A DNA stretch of 64,000 nt from Pyrinomonadaceae bacterium (lineage in GTDB: Bacteria; Acidobacteriota; Blastocatellia; Pyrinomonadales; Pyrinomonadaceae): positions 4,170-68,169 of the forward strand of contig DATHBT010000004.1 of NCBI GenBank assembly GCA_035295985.1, read 5' to 3'. The position numbers and the translations under genes are program-made. Below are positions 1 through 9,710 of the stretch, in pieces (the stretch's first letter is position 1; every line of letters begins with the position of its first letter). The notes under the pieces are model-generated. The model was not told the DNA's origin. It did not search any database and saw only the letters and a list, made by a program, of their open reading frames with translations.

Positions 1-1966
1 CCGGCCGGTACAAGGCGTTTAAGGCCGAGAGGTCTTCGATGGATTTGGGCTTGAGCTTGCGGCAGATCTCCTGCATCCCCGTCGATTCGAACTGGAAGAT
101 GGCCTCGGTGTGGCCCTGCCCGAACAGCTCGTAGGTCTTCTCGTCGTCGAGCGGTATCTCGTGCCAGTCGATCTCGCGGTCGTGCATCTCGCGGATCGTC
201 TTGCAGCACTGGTCGATGATGGTCAGCGTGGTCAGGCCGAGGAAGTCCATCTTGAGCATGCCGGTCTTTTCCAGATCGGACATCTCGAACTGCGTGGTGA
301 ACTCCTGCTTGTTGTTGACGGCTACGGGTATCAGCTCTTCGAGGGGTTTGGGCGAGATGACGACGCCCGCGGCGTGGACGGACGAGTGGCGCGCGCAGCC
401 TTCGAGCCGGCGGGCGATGTCGATCACTTTTTTGACCTGCGCGTCGGTCTCGAAAGCCTGCTTGAGTTCGGGGACGGTTTCGAGCGCCTGCGTGATCGAG
501 ACGTTGCGGCCGCGGACGGGCGGCGGGATGAGCTTGGCGATCTTCTCCACGTCGGCGTAGGGCATGTCGAGCGCGCGGCCCACGTCCTTGATCGCGGCCT
601 TCGAGGCCATCGTCCCGAAGGTGATGATCTGGCAGACGGAGTCGCGGCCGTAGAGCTGCGTGACGTGGTTGATGACCTCGGCGCGACCCTGGACGCAGAA
701 GTCGATGTCGATGTCGGGCATCGACACGCGCTCCGGGTTCAGGAAGCGCTCGAAGAGGAGATCGTACTGGAGCGGGTCAACGTCCGTGATCTCCAGGCAG
801 TAGGCGACGAGCGAGCCGGCGGCCGAGCCGCGGCCGGGGCCGACGGGGATGCGTTTGTCCTTGGCGAACCTGATGAAGTCCCAGACGATGAGGAAGTAGG
901 ACGGAAAGCCCATCCGCTTGATCATCTCGATCTCGGCGGAGATGCGCTGCTGGTAGTCGCTCATCGGGTGCTTGAGCGATCCGGCGGCGCGCATCCTGTC
1001 CCAGACGATCTCGCGGCGCTTCTCGTAGCCCTCGCGGACGACCTTCTCGAAGTACTCGTCAATCGTGAGGTCGCCTTCCTCGCGCGGGATCGGGAAGACG
1101 GGCAGGTGGTTCTCGCCGAGCGGGAGTTTCAGGTCGCACATCTCGGCGACTTCGAGCGTGCGCGCGACGGCGTCGGGGATGTGCTTGAAGATGTCGCGCA
1201 TCTCGTCCGCGGTGCGGACGTACCACTGCGGGCCGCCGAAGCGCATCCGGTCGGTGTCGTTGACCGTGCGCCCCGTGCCGATGCAGAGCATCACGTCGTG
1301 GGCCTCGTAGTCGTCCCGGTTGAGGTAGTGCGCGTCGTTGGTGGCGACGAGCGGGATCGCGGTGCGCTTGGAGAGTTCGATCAAGTCCTTGTTGATCTTG
1401 ATCTGATCTTCGAGCTGGTGATCCTGAATCTCTAAAAAGTAGTTGCCGCGGCCGAGTATGTCCTGGAATTCGTGGGCGGCTTTGGCGGCTTCGTCGAACT
1501 TGCCGTTTTTGAGGTGCGCCTGGGGCACGCCGGAGAGGCAGGCGGAGAGGCCGATGAGTCCGCCGCTGAACTCGGAGAGTAGCTCGCGGTCGATGCGGGG
1601 CTTGCGATAAAAACCTTCGCGGAACGCCTTCGAGGTGAGGCGCACGAGGTTGTGGTAGCCCTCTCGATCCTTCGCGAGCAGGATCATGTGGTTGTAGGGC
1701 TTCTCGCCGCGCTTCGTCTCCGGCTTGTCGAAGCGGCTGCCGGGGGCCAGGTAGATTTCGCAGCCGATCAGAGGCTTCACGTCGTGCGCCTTCATCTCCT
1801 TGTAGAAGGAGACCGCGCCGTACATGTTGCCGTGGTCGGTCATGGCGCAGGCGGGCATGCCCAGCTCTTTGACGCGCTCGGCGAGCGGCTTGATCTGGAT
1901 CGCGCCGTCGAGGAGTGAAAAGTCTGTGTGTAAGTGCAGGTGAACGAAGTCTGATTTAGTAGGCAT
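1..1966 (-). CDS. dnaE: DNA polymerase III alpha subunit, N-terminal part (gene continues beyond window start)
   Basis: Not in the ORF track because it is open at the window edge. Reverse-strand translation from ATG (complement of 1964-1966) reads MPTKSDFVHLHLHTDFSLLDGAIQIKPLAERVKELGMPACAMTDHGNMYGAVSFYKEMKAHDVKPLIGCEIYLAPGSRFDKPETKRGEKPYNHMILLAKDREGYHNLVRLTSKAF. This is the PHP-domain N-terminus of DnaE. The + strand ORFs 110-1435, 201-560 and 1652-1918 are antisense shadows. Confidence 0.93.
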   Translation of the reverse strand, partial: MPTKSDFVHLHLHTDFSLLDGAIQIKPLAERVKELGMPACAMTDHGNMYGAVSFYKEMKAHDVKPLIGCEIYLAPGSRFDKPETKRGEKPYNHMILLAKDREGYHNLVRLTSKAFREGFYRKPRIDRELLSEFSGGLIGLSACLSGVPQAHLKNGKFDEAAKAAHEFQDILGRGNYFLEIQDHQLEDQIKINKDLIELSKRTAIPLVATNDAHYLNRDDYEAHDVMLCIGTGRTVNDTDRMRFGGPQWYVRTADEMRDIFKHIPDAVARTLEVAEMCDLKLPLGENHLPVFPIPREEGDLTIDEYFEKVVREGYEKRREIVWDRMRAAGSLKHPMSDYQQRISAEIEMIKRMGFPSYFLIVWDFIRFAKDKRIPVGPGRGSAAGSLVAYCLEITDVDPLQYDLLFERFLNPERVSMPDIDIDFCVQGRAEVINHVTQLYGRDSVCQIITFGTMASKAAIKDVGRALDMPYADVEKIAKLIPPPVRGRNVSITQALETVPELKQAFETDAQVKKVIDIARRLEGCARHSSVHAAGVVISPKPLEELIPVAVNNKQEFTTQFEMSDLEKTGMLKMDFLGLTTLTIIDQCCKTIREMHDREIDWHEIPLDDEKTYELFGQGHTEAIFQFESTGMQEICRKLKPKSIEDLSALNALYRP

Positions 1967-2121
1967 CGGGAGCGACGGTGAAAGTGTTGTTCAGGAAAAC
2001 TGTCTGGACCGAGCCGGCGGTACGAAGGGGCCGCGCCAGAACAGCGACGCGGCCCGCCCGTAGGAGCTTCGAGCGACGGAAGAATAGCACACGGTGCAAG
2101 CCCCGCCGCGCGCCGAGATCG

Positions 2122-2157
2122 CCCCGGAAGTTTTCCACAGGTGGAAAACTTCCGGGG
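2122..2157. promoter_or_regulatory. 36-bp perfect palindrome in the divergent dnaE / 2449 intergenic region; candidate operator
   Basis: Read directly: CCCCGGAAGTTTTCCAC (2122-2138), AG, GTGGAAAACTTCCGGGG (2141-2157). All 17 of 17 positions are complementary. The 2-nt centre is too short for an RNA hairpin loop, which favours a dimeric protein-binding site. Confidence 0.45.
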
Positions 2158-2448
2158 AGCGCGGCTTTGCCAGCAAATTCAAGCTAAACGCTTGATATTG
2201 GACTCGGCAGTCGGCGCGAGTCCAACATCTTGGGCCGGCGGGCGAACTCGCGGGGGCGGGCGGTTGCCGTTCGGGCTGGCGGCGGCCTTGAGCGGTCTGC
2301 TCGGTTCGGCGGGCCATCCGTTAAGGCGTCAAGTCTGTGAAGCTCAAGCAACCGGCAACTGACCACCGGCCACCGCCGGCGGGATGAAGTCGGCCGCCGC
2401 GTGTGGCATAGTTATAATCATCTGAAAACTTCGTCGAGGGGGAAGCAG

Positions 2449-3435
2449 TTGAAAGCAGCACTGGCAGCGGCGACGGCGGCGGCGCTGTGCGCACTCGCGC
2501 TCGCCGCCTACGAGCGCGCGCCGCGGGCTTTGGACGGGCAAAAGGCCGCGCCCGCAGCGCCGGGCCCGGCGACGGGCGCGGGGCAGAACGGGGCGCCCGC
2601 GCGCGCGGGCTACGGCGCGCCCGTCGTGCTCGGGCACCTCGAAGACAAGAGCATCAGGGAGAGCAGCGGCCTCGCCGCCTCGCGCCTCGCGCCCGGCCTC
2701 TTCTGGACGCACAACGACGCGAACGGCGACCCCGTCATCTACGCCTTCGACCGGCAGGGCAAGAGCCGCGGCGCGTGGCGCGTGGCCGGCGCGACCATGG
2801 ACGACTGGGAGGACATTGCCGCCGGCCCCGGCCCGCAGGGACGTCCGTACCTCTACGTGGGCGACATCGGCGACAACAAGGGCAACCGCGACCGGATAAT
2901 CGTCTATCGCTTCCCCGAGCCGGCCGCCGGGGAAGCGGCCGGAGACACACGACTCGCGACGGAGGCGGCCGAGTCCGTCGCGCTGAAGTACCCGGACGGG
3001 AGCCAGGACGCAGAGACGCTGATGGTTCACCCGCGGACGGGCGACATCTACGTGGTCACTAAAGTCGGCTTCGCCGCGGCGGGCGTCTATAAGCTGAGCG
3101 CGCCGCAGCCGTTCACCGGGGTTCATACCCTTAAGCGCGTGGGGCGGTTGAGCACGCCCGGCGTCTTCGGCGGCCTGTTCACGGGCGGCGACATCTCGCC
3201 GGACGGCAGGCGCGTCGTGCTCTGCGATTACGCGGGGGCTTACGAGCTGGAACTGCCGGCGGGTGTTTCAGACTTCGACCGCGTCTGGGCGCAGCCGCTC
3301 AAGCCCGTTGCCGTGGGCGAGCGCCGGCAGGGCGAGGCGATCAGTTACAGCCACGACGGCTCGTCGATTCTGGCGACCAGCGAGAAGCGCCCGACGCCGC
3401 TGATAGAAGTCACGCGGGCCGACCCCGGGAAGTAA
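2449..3435 (+). CDS. secreted hypothetical protein (possible beta-propeller fold)
   Basis: ORF 2401-3435. I prefer the in-frame TTG at 2449, which has a GAGGGGGA SD-like run at 2436-2443. A perfect TATAAT at 2413-2418 would fall inside the longer ORF. The product starts MKAALAAATAAALCALALAAY, which looks like a signal peptide. The motifs FWTHNDANGD, YLYVGDIGDN and IIVYRFPEP are present. I do not recognise a family. Confidence 0.6.
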   Translation: MKAALAAATAAALCALALAAYERAPRALDGQKAAPAAPGPATGAGQNGAPARAGYGAPVVLGHLEDKSIRESSGLAASRLAPGLFWTHNDANGDPVIYAFDRQGKSRGAWRVAGATMDDWEDIAAGPGPQGRPYLYVGDIGDNKGNRDRIIVYRFPEPAAGEAAGDTRLATEAAESVALKYPDGSQDAETLMVHPRTGDIYVVTKVGFAAAGVYKLSAPQPFTGVHTLKRVGRLSTPGVFGGLFTGGDISPDGRRVVLCDYAGAYELELPAGVSDFDRVWAQPLKPVAVGERRQGEAISYSHDGSSILATSEKRPTPLIEVTRADPGK

Positions 3436-3448
3436 GAACCCTTAAAGA

Positions 3449-3564
3449 TTAGCCACGGAGGGCACAGAGGACGCCGAGCAAAGGCAGAAGGGCCGATCCG
3501 AAATCCGAGAGTTTCGGATCGGCCCTTCTTTTTTCTCTGAGCTCTCTGTGCCCTCTGCGGCTAA
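3449..3564. repeat. nested-palindrome intergenic element, copy 1 (outer inverted repeat TTAGCCACGGAGGGCACAGAGG / CTCTGTGCCCTCTGCGGCTAA around an inner terminator hairpin)
   Basis: The outer arms 3449-3470 and 3544-3564 are complementary with 2 mismatches. The inner hairpin is 3487-3503 / 3512-3528. A near-identical element lies at 16416-16539. Confidence 0.8.
3487..3535 (+). terminator. Rho-independent terminator of the 2449-3435 gene
   Basis: GAAGGGCCGATCCGAAA (3487-3503) pairs perfectly with TTTCGGATCGGCCCTTC (3512-3528) and is followed by a TTTTTT run (3529-3534). Confidence 0.8.
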
Positions 3565-3585
3565 ACCCACTCAGAACTGCACCGC

Positions 3586-5775
3586 TCAGTTGCTCACGGG
3601 GAAGCCGCGCTTCTTCATCAGGGCCTCGACCCTCGCGTCGCGCCCGCGGAAGGAGCGGTAGCCTTCGGCCGGATCGACCGTGTTGCCGACCGAGAAGATG
3701 TGCTGGCGCAGGCGCTCGGCCACCTTCCTGTCGTAAGGGCCGCCGCCCTCGACGAACGTCTGGAAGGCGTCGGCCGTCAGCACGTCAGACCACAGGTAGC
3801 TGTAGTAGCCGGCCGAGTAGCCGTCGCTCGAAAAGACGTGGCCGAACTGCGGCGTGCGGTGGCGCATCACGATCTCGGCGGGCATCCCCAGCGCGGCCAG
3901 CGTCTCGCGCTCGAAGGCGTCCGCGTCGATCTTCTGCGAGCCGGCGAGGTGCAGCTTCATATCAACCAGCGCGCTCGCCAGGTACTCCACCGTCTCGAAG
4001 CCCTGGTTGAAGGTCGAGGCGCGCTCGATGCGATCCACGAGCGCCTGCGGGATGGGCTTGCCGGTCTGGTAGTGCAGGGCGAAACGCTGTAGCACCTGCG
4101 GCGTCGAGAGCCAGTGTTCGAGTAGCTGCGACGGGAACTCGACGTAGTCGCGCGCCACGGCCGTGCCCGAGAGCGACGGGTAGGTGACGTTCGACGACAG
4201 CCCGTGCAGCGCGTGGCCGAACTCGTGGAAGAGCGTCTTGGCGTCGTCCCAGGAGATGAGCACAGGCTCGCCGGGCTTGCCCCTCACGAAGTTGGAGTTG
4301 TTCGAGACGATGGTCGGCACGTCGCCGTTCACACGCTCCTGGCGGCGGTAGGCGTTCATCCACGCGCCGGAGCGTTTGCCCTCGCGCGCGTAGGGGTCGA
4401 AGTACCAGAGTCCGACGTGCCTGCCCGTCTTCTTGTCCTTCACCTCCCAGACGCGCACGTCCGGGTGATAGATGGGGACGTTCGTGACGGGCGTGAAGTC
4501 GAAATTAAACAGCTCGCCCGCGACCCAGAACATGCCCTCGCGCAGCTTGTCTAGTTGCAGGTAGGGCTTGACCTCGTTCTGGTCCAGATCGTAGCGGGCC
4601 TTGCGAACCTTCTCGGCGTAGTACCGATAATCCCACGGCTCGATCTTGATCTTGGCGCCCTCCTTGCCGGCGAGCGCCTGCATGTCGGCGACCTCCTGCC
4701 GGACGCGCGCGACCGCGGGCTTCCAGACCGCCTCCATCAACTGCATGGCGCGTTCGGGCGTCTTCGCCATCGCGTTCTCCAAACGCCAGTGCGCGTGCGT
4801 CTGGTAGCCGAGGAGCTTGGCCCGCTCGGCGCGCAAGGTGAGGATTTCGGTAATGATCGCGTTGTTGTCGTTCTTGTCGCCGTTGTCGCCGCGGTTGACG
4901 AACATGCGCCAGACCTTTTCGCGCAGGTCGCGCCGGTCGGAGTAGGTCAGGAACGGATCGACGGACGAGCGCGTGTTGACGATGACCCAGGCGTCCTTCA
5001 TCCCCTTCGCGGCGGCGGCCTGTGCGGCGGCGTCGCGCGCTGACTGCGGCAGGCCCGCCAGGTCGGCCTCCGACTTGAGGGCAAGGAACTGCTCGGTCTC
5101 GTCGGCCAGGAGGTTCTGGCTGAACCGCGTGTAGAGGCCGGCGAGCTGCTGGTTGATCTCGGAGAGGCGCGCTTTGGATTTGGCGTCGAGCTTCGCGCCG
5201 GAGCGGACGAAGTTCGTGTGGTAGAGCCACGCGAGGCGCTGCTGTTCGGGCGTCAGCTTCGCCTTGTCGGGCGAGTTATAGACGGCCTCGATGCGGCGGA
5301 ACAGGGCCTCGTTCTGCGTGATCTTGTCGTTGAAGGCGGCGAGGCGCGGGGCCATCTCGCGCTCGACCGTGCGGAACTCCGGCGTGTTCATCGTCGAACT
5401 CCAGATGCCGTACACGGTGCTGACGCGGTTGAGCGTGCGCCCGGCGCGCTCGCCCGCGGCGATGGTGTTCTCGAAGGTCGGCGGCGCGGGGTCGTTGGCG
5501 ATCTTCTCGATCTCCGACAAATTCTCGGCCATCGCCGCTTCGAGCGCCGGCTTGAAGTGCTCGACGCGGACGCGGTCGAACGGGGGCACGCCGCCGTAAG
5601 GGCCTTCCCACTTCGCGAGGAGCGGGTTCGACTGCGCCGCGGGCTGGGCAGCCGCCTGCGCGGGCGAGCCGCTCGTGTCCGTTGCCGCTCTCACAGTGTT
5701 AACCACCGCGCCGCCCGCGACCACCGCCGCGAGCAGCAGCAGGGCGCTGCTCGAAATCACAGTCATGTTAATCAT
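3586..5775 (-). CDS. dcp: M3 family metallopeptidase, peptidyl-dipeptidase Dcp-like, secreted
   Basis: 729-aa ORF with the zinc motif HEFGHALH. The N-terminus has a signal peptide followed by NPLLAKWEGPYGGVPPFDRVRVEHFKPALE, typical of Dcp. The overall M3 layout is present. Confidence 0.88.
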   Translation of the reverse strand: MINMTVISSSALLLLAAVVAGGAVVNTVRAATDTSGSPAQAAAQPAAQSNPLLAKWEGPYGGVPPFDRVRVEHFKPALEAAMAENLSEIEKIANDPAPPTFENTIAAGERAGRTLNRVSTVYGIWSSTMNTPEFRTVEREMAPRLAAFNDKITQNEALFRRIEAVYNSPDKAKLTPEQQRLAWLYHTNFVRSGAKLDAKSKARLSEINQQLAGLYTRFSQNLLADETEQFLALKSEADLAGLPQSARDAAAQAAAAKGMKDAWVIVNTRSSVDPFLTYSDRRDLREKVWRMFVNRGDNGDKNDNNAIITEILTLRAERAKLLGYQTHAHWRLENAMAKTPERAMQLMEAVWKPAVARVRQEVADMQALAGKEGAKIKIEPWDYRYYAEKVRKARYDLDQNEVKPYLQLDKLREGMFWVAGELFNFDFTPVTNVPIYHPDVRVWEVKDKKTGRHVGLWYFDPYAREGKRSGAWMNAYRRQERVNGDVPTIVSNNSNFVRGKPGEPVLISWDDAKTLFHEFGHALHGLSSNVTYPSLSGTAVARDYVEFPSQLLEHWLSTPQVLQRFALHYQTGKPIPQALVDRIERASTFNQGFETVEYLASALVDMKLHLAGSQKIDADAFERETLAALGMPAEIVMRHRTPQFGHVFSSDGYSAGYYSYLWSDVLTADAFQTFVEGGGPYDRKVAERLRQHIFSVGNTVDPAEGYRSFRGRDARVEALMKKRGFPVSN

Positions 5776-6278
5776 CCCAAAAGCTTACGGAATAAGGCCG
5801 CGCCCAGCAAGAAGGGAGAGGGGGCGGGGCGGCGAACATGTTCAGATGCTTTCTGCGGGCAAAAAGTTCGGCGGCCGGCGGCCGGCGACGGTTCGGGAAA
5901 ATTCCGCGAGCGCAGTAACCCGCCGCGCGGATCAGCCGCCGGGGCGCGTAAAGTCTTCGACGACGAGGTGAGTGACGACGGGCGGGGCATCGCGGTGTGG
6001 AACGACTCTGCGTAGTTCTGCGCCGCCACGTCGTCCTCCGTGAGACGGGCGTACGGATGCCCCGGTCGTCGTTGCGCGTGGCCCGTCTTAAGTTGGCTGT
6101 GTGCGGACAAGGGTCGCACCCGGTGCGGCGCGGGTCAGGTTATAGGGCGCGGGGGTTCGCACCTGTCGTCGTCGCGATTAAATTTTGAACAAAAGGACGC
6201 GCCGGCGTGATTCGCCCCGCCTACACTTTCGCCGGTTGTGCCCGCGCCGAAGGCCGAAAGTCGAGTTTTGACTGACCG

Positions 6279-7286
6279 ATGAGTCCCGCGCAAAGACCCG
6301 TCCCGTTCTCCGTCCTCGATCTCGCGCCGGTCAAAGAGGGCGGGACGGTGGGCGACACCTTCCGCGAGACGCTTGAGCTTGCACGCCGCGCCGAAGCGTG
6401 GGGCTTCAGGCGCTTCTGGCTGGCCGAGCACCACAACATGCCGGGCATCGCCAGCGCGGCGACGGCCGTCCTCATCGGGCACGTCGCGGGCGGGACGAAA
6501 ACGATCCGTGTAGGCTCGGGCGGCGTGATGCTGCCGAACCACTCGCCGCTCGTCGTCGCCGAGCAGTTCGGAACGCTCGAATCACTCTACCCCGGCAGGA
6601 TCGACTTAGGCGTCGGCCGCGCGCCCGGAACCGATCAGCGGACGGTGCGCGCCCTGCGCCGCAAGCTCGACGCGGCGGACGACGACTTCCCGCGCGACGT
6701 TGCCGAACTGCTCTCCTACTTCGAGCCGGCGCGGCCCGGCCAGGCGGTGCGCGCCGTGCCCGGCGAGGGGTTGGGCGTGCCGGTCTGGCTGCTCGGCTCA
6801 AGCCTCTACAGCGCGCGCCTCGCCGCCCTGCTGGGTCTGCCCTTCTCCTTCGCCTCGCACTTCGCGCCCGACTACCTGGCCGAGGCGCTCGACACCTACC
6901 GGCGCGAGTTCCGCCCGTCCGAACAGCTCGCAGAGCCTTACGCGATGCCCTGCGTCAACGTCTTCGCGGCCGAGACGGACGAGGAGGCGCGCCGGTTGTT
7001 CACCTCCCTTGAGCAGGCGTTCATCAACCTGCGCGGCGGCCGTCCCGGACTGCTCCCGCCGCCGGCCGACACGGCGGAAGGGCGCCGGCCGGAGTTCGAG
7101 GCGGCCGGCATCTGGCGGGTGCTACGCTACTCCGCGGTCGGCTCACGCGACACCGTGCGCCGCTGGCTGCACGCTTTCGTCGAAGAGACCCGGGCCGACG
7201 AACTCATGGTCACGGCCCAAATCTACGACTCCGCCGCGCGCCTGCGCTCCTTCGAGATCGTCTCAGAGATCGCCGCGGCACTCTGA
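6279..7286 (+). CDS. LLM-class (luciferase-like) flavin-dependent oxidoreductase
   Basis: The 335-aa ORF begins [62 protein letters not shown], the characteristic N-terminal signature of the YhbW/LLM family. Confidence 0.85.
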   Translation: MSPAQRPVPFSVLDLAPVKEGGTVGDTFRETLELARRAEAWGFRRFWLAEHHNMPGIASAATAVLIGHVAGGTKTIRVGSGGVMLPNHSPLVVAEQFGTLESLYPGRIDLGVGRAPGTDQRTVRALRRKLDAADDDFPRDVAELLSYFEPARPGQAVRAVPGEGLGVPVWLLGSSLYSARLAALLGLPFSFASHFAPDYLAEALDTYRREFRPSEQLAEPYAMPCVNVFAAETDEEARRLFTSLEQAFINLRGGRPGLLPPPADTAEGRRPEFEAAGIWRVLRYSAVGSRDTVRRWLHAFVEETRADELMVTAQIYDSAARLRSFEIVSEIAAAL

Positions 7287-7405
7287 GGTCGTCGGCCGTC
7301 GTCGAGTCGCAGCCCTACCCAGACTGATCCCACACCGGCGTGAGTTTCCGCGTAAGCGTGTGTGAGGGGATAGCAACCGTCTTTCTCGTGTCGGGAGGTC
7401 TGAGC

Positions 7406-8623
7406 ATGTATGACGCCATCATCGTCGGCGCGCGCTGCGCCGGCTCGCCGCTGGGGATGCTGCTCGCCCGGAAGGGCTACCGGGTGCTGCTGCTCGACAA
7501 GGCCACTTTCCCGAGCGACACGATCTCGACGCACCACATACACCAGCCCGGCGTGGCGCGTCTCCGTCGTTGGGGGCTGCTGGAAAAGATTCAGGCCTCG
7601 AACTGCCCCCAGACGACCGAGATTAAATTCGACGTCGGCCCCTTCGCGCTCGTGGGGACGCCGCCCCCGGCCGAAGGCACGGCGGAAGCCTACGCGCCGC
7701 GCCGCCGCGTACTCGACAAGATTCTGGCCGACGCGGCGGTCGAGGCCGGGGCCGAGCTGCGCGAAGGTTTTACGGTCGAAGAACTCACGACCGACGGGGA
7801 CACTGTGACCGGCGTCCGCGGGCGCGGGCGCAAAGGTTCGGCCGTGACGGAGAAGGCCCGCATAGTCGTCGGCGCCGACGGCGCGCGCTCCTTCGTCGCA
7901 CGCAGCGTCCAAGCCCCCGTCTATCTAGATCGCGGGATGCTCACCTGCAACTACTACTCTTACTGGAGCGGCGTGCCCGTCGATGGCGTGGAACTCTACC
8001 CGCGCGAGGGCCGCATGATCGTGGCCGACAAAACCAACGACGGCCTGACCCTCGTCGTCGCCGTGTGGCCGAAAGAAGAGTTCCGGCGCGTGAGGTCGAA
8101 CATAGAGTCTGAGTTCATGCGCGAGCTTAAAGAGAGCGCGCCGGGCCTTGCGGAGCGCGTGATGAGCGGCAGGCGCGAGGAGCGGTTCGCCGGAACCGGC
8201 TTTATCCCGAACTTCTTCCGCAAGCCTTACGGGCCGGGCTGGGCGCTCGTGGGCGACGCGGGCTACCACAAAGACCCGATCACGGCGCAGGGCATCACGA
8301 ACAGCTTCAGCCACGCCGAGATGCTCGCCGAGGCCCTCGACGAAGCCTTCACGGGCCGCCGCGCGATGAAGGACGCGCTCGCCGATTACGAGCGCAGGCG
8401 CAACGCCGAGGTGATGCCGATGTTCGAGCACACCACCATGCTCGCCAGGCTCGGAGCGCCGCCCGTGGAGTTGCGGCTACTGTTCGCGGCGCTCCGCGGG
8501 AATCGAACCGAGACGGGGCGCTTCCTCGGCACGGTGGCGGGCACGGTCCCGATACCGGAGTTCTTCTCGCCGAAGAACATGGGCCGCATCATCAGCGCGT
8601 CGGCCTTAGTGCCGGCGGCATGA
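7406..8623 (+). CDS. FAD-dependent oxidoreductase (geranylgeranyl-reductase / aromatic-ring hydroxylase-like)
   Basis: I moved the start to ATG 7406 (GGGAGG SD at 7394-7399). This gives MYDAIIVGARCAGSPLGMLLARKGYRVLLLDK, a GxGxxG dinucleotide-binding fold at the extreme N-terminus. The ORF track starts at 7340. Confidence 0.8.
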   Translation: MYDAIIVGARCAGSPLGMLLARKGYRVLLLDKATFPSDTISTHHIHQPGVARLRRWGLLEKIQASNCPQTTEIKFDVGPFALVGTPPPAEGTAEAYAPRRRVLDKILADAAVEAGAELREGFTVEELTTDGDTVTGVRGRGRKGSAVTEKARIVVGADGARSFVARSVQAPVYLDRGMLTCNYYSYWSGVPVDGVELYPREGRMIVADKTNDGLTLVVAVWPKEEFRRVRSNIESEFMRELKESAPGLAERVMSGRREERFAGTGFIPNFFRKPYGPGWALVGDAGYHKDPITAQGITNSFSHAEMLAEALDEAFTGRRAMKDALADYERRRNAEVMPMFEHTTMLARLGAPPVELRLLFAALRGNRTETGRFLGTVAGTVPIPEFFSPKNMGRIISASALVPAA

Positions 8624-8724
8624 AGCGCGGGTGGGTCGAGCCGCCATCGCGGTTCTGACCGCGCGGGCGTTGAGCTGAAAAATGCGGGGCGCGTTAGCCG
8701 CCGCGCACTGCAAGCAAGGTTAAT

Positions 8725-8772
8725 GCGATAGGGGCACGCCGGGGAGGAATGTCCCCGGCGTGCCCCTATCGC
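8725..8772. terminator. 21-bp stem hairpin between convergent genes (bidirectional terminator candidate)
   Basis: GCGATAGGGGCACGCCGGGGA (8725-8745), a 6-nt loop, then TCCCCGGCGTGCCCCTATCGC (8752-8772), which is perfectly complementary. There is no clear U tract on either side. Confidence 0.6.
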
Positions 8773-8810
8773 GGTCAGGCTTCGCGGCGGCTACGAAGAT
8801 GAGACGCCGT

Positions 8811-9710
8811 TCACACAGCCGCCTGTGCTCCGTCCGCGTGAGCACTAAACATCACCGGCGGAGGGAAGGGACGCGACGGGCCGTCCCTGTCCTCCGCGCG
8901 CGCCGCGAACGTGAAGCGCAGCCCGTGGTGGACGCGGTGCGCCCAGTCCTGCTCGCTGTGGCGCGCGCCCTCGGCGCGCATGAACTCGACCTCCTCGCCG
9001 GGCGCGAAACCGCGCTCGACGAGCGCGTCGCGTAGCGCCTCCGCGTTGCAGTCGGTGTTCGCCCCTTCGAGCGTCCCGGCGTCGATCCAGATTTTCGACT
9101 TCGGCCCGCGCGCCAGCTCGTCCACGTTGCGCAGCAGCCAGCACTTGTCCCACCACAGCGAGGGCGACATGGCGAGCACGCGCCCGAAGGTGTCGCCGCG
9201 CCTGAGGCCCAGGTAGAGACTCACCAGCCCGCCGAGCGACGAGCCGCCGATGCCTGTGTGCTCGCGCTCCGGCTTCGTCCGGTACGCGCCGTCGATGAAA
9301 GGTTTTAGTTCCTCGGCGAGCATGCGGCCGTAAGCATCAGCCTGGCCGCCGACCTTGAAGTTGGGATCGGCCGAGGGCGTGTACTCCTCTATGCGGCGCT
9401 CGCCCGCGTTATACACGCCGACGATGATCAGAGGCTCGATTGCGCCTTCATGAATCAGGTTGTCGGCCGTCTCCGCGAGGTGCCAGTGCTGGCCGGGCAC
9501 GAAGGAGGTGCGGCCGTCGAAGAGGTTCTGACCGTCCTGCATGTAGAGGACTGGATACCTTCGATCCTCGTCGGCGTAGTAGCCCGGCGGGAGATAGACG
9601 ACGAGCCGCCTTTCATTACCTAAGAGTGCGGAATGAAAATTTTCCGTGTATTCGAGCGTGCCGCAGGCGGCGTCCGCCGGGCAGGGCTGTAGGTTCGTGC
9701 GAGGGTACAT
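8811..9710 (-). CDS. alpha/beta hydrolase, putative esterase (enterochelin-esterase-like / esterase D family)
   Basis: 299-aa ORF with RYPVLYMQDGQNLFD and the nucleophile elbow GGSSLGG, both typical of the putative-esterase family. Confidence 0.75.
   Translation of the reverse strand: MYPRTNLQPCPADAACGTLEYTENFHSALLGNERRLVVYLPPGYYADEDRRYPVLYMQDGQNLFDGRTSFVPGQHWHLAETADNLIHEGAIEPLIIVGVYNAGERRIEEYTPSADPNFKVGGQADAYGRMLAEELKPFIDGAYRTKPEREHTGIGGSSLGGLVSLYLGLRRGDTFGRVLAMSPSLWWDKCWLLRNVDELARGPKSKIWIDAGTLEGANTDCNAEALRDALVERGFAPGEEVEFMRAEGARHSEQDWAHRVHHGLRFTFAARAEDRDGPSRPFPPPVMFSAHADGAQAAV

Noticed and set aside
110-1435. 441-aa + strand ORF (and nested ORFs 201-560, 1065-1310, 1652-1918)
   Set aside because: The translation is Leu/Val/Asp/Arg/Gly-rich nonsense of the kind produced by reading a high-GC gene backwards. 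The opposite strand encodes an unmistakable DnaE N-terminus.
2344-3126. 260-aa minus-strand ORF and other ORFs overlapping the 2449-3435 gene
   Set aside because: Their composition is Arg/Ala/Gly-rich antisense. The + strand frame has a signal peptide, a sensible composition and its own terminator.
5772-6119. 115-aa minus-strand ORF as a real gene
   Set aside because: It overlaps the dcp start codon. Two-thirds of the translation is low-complexity Pro/Arg/Ser/Ala, and there is no SD or recognisable motif. It is kept only as a low-interest note on the long spacer.
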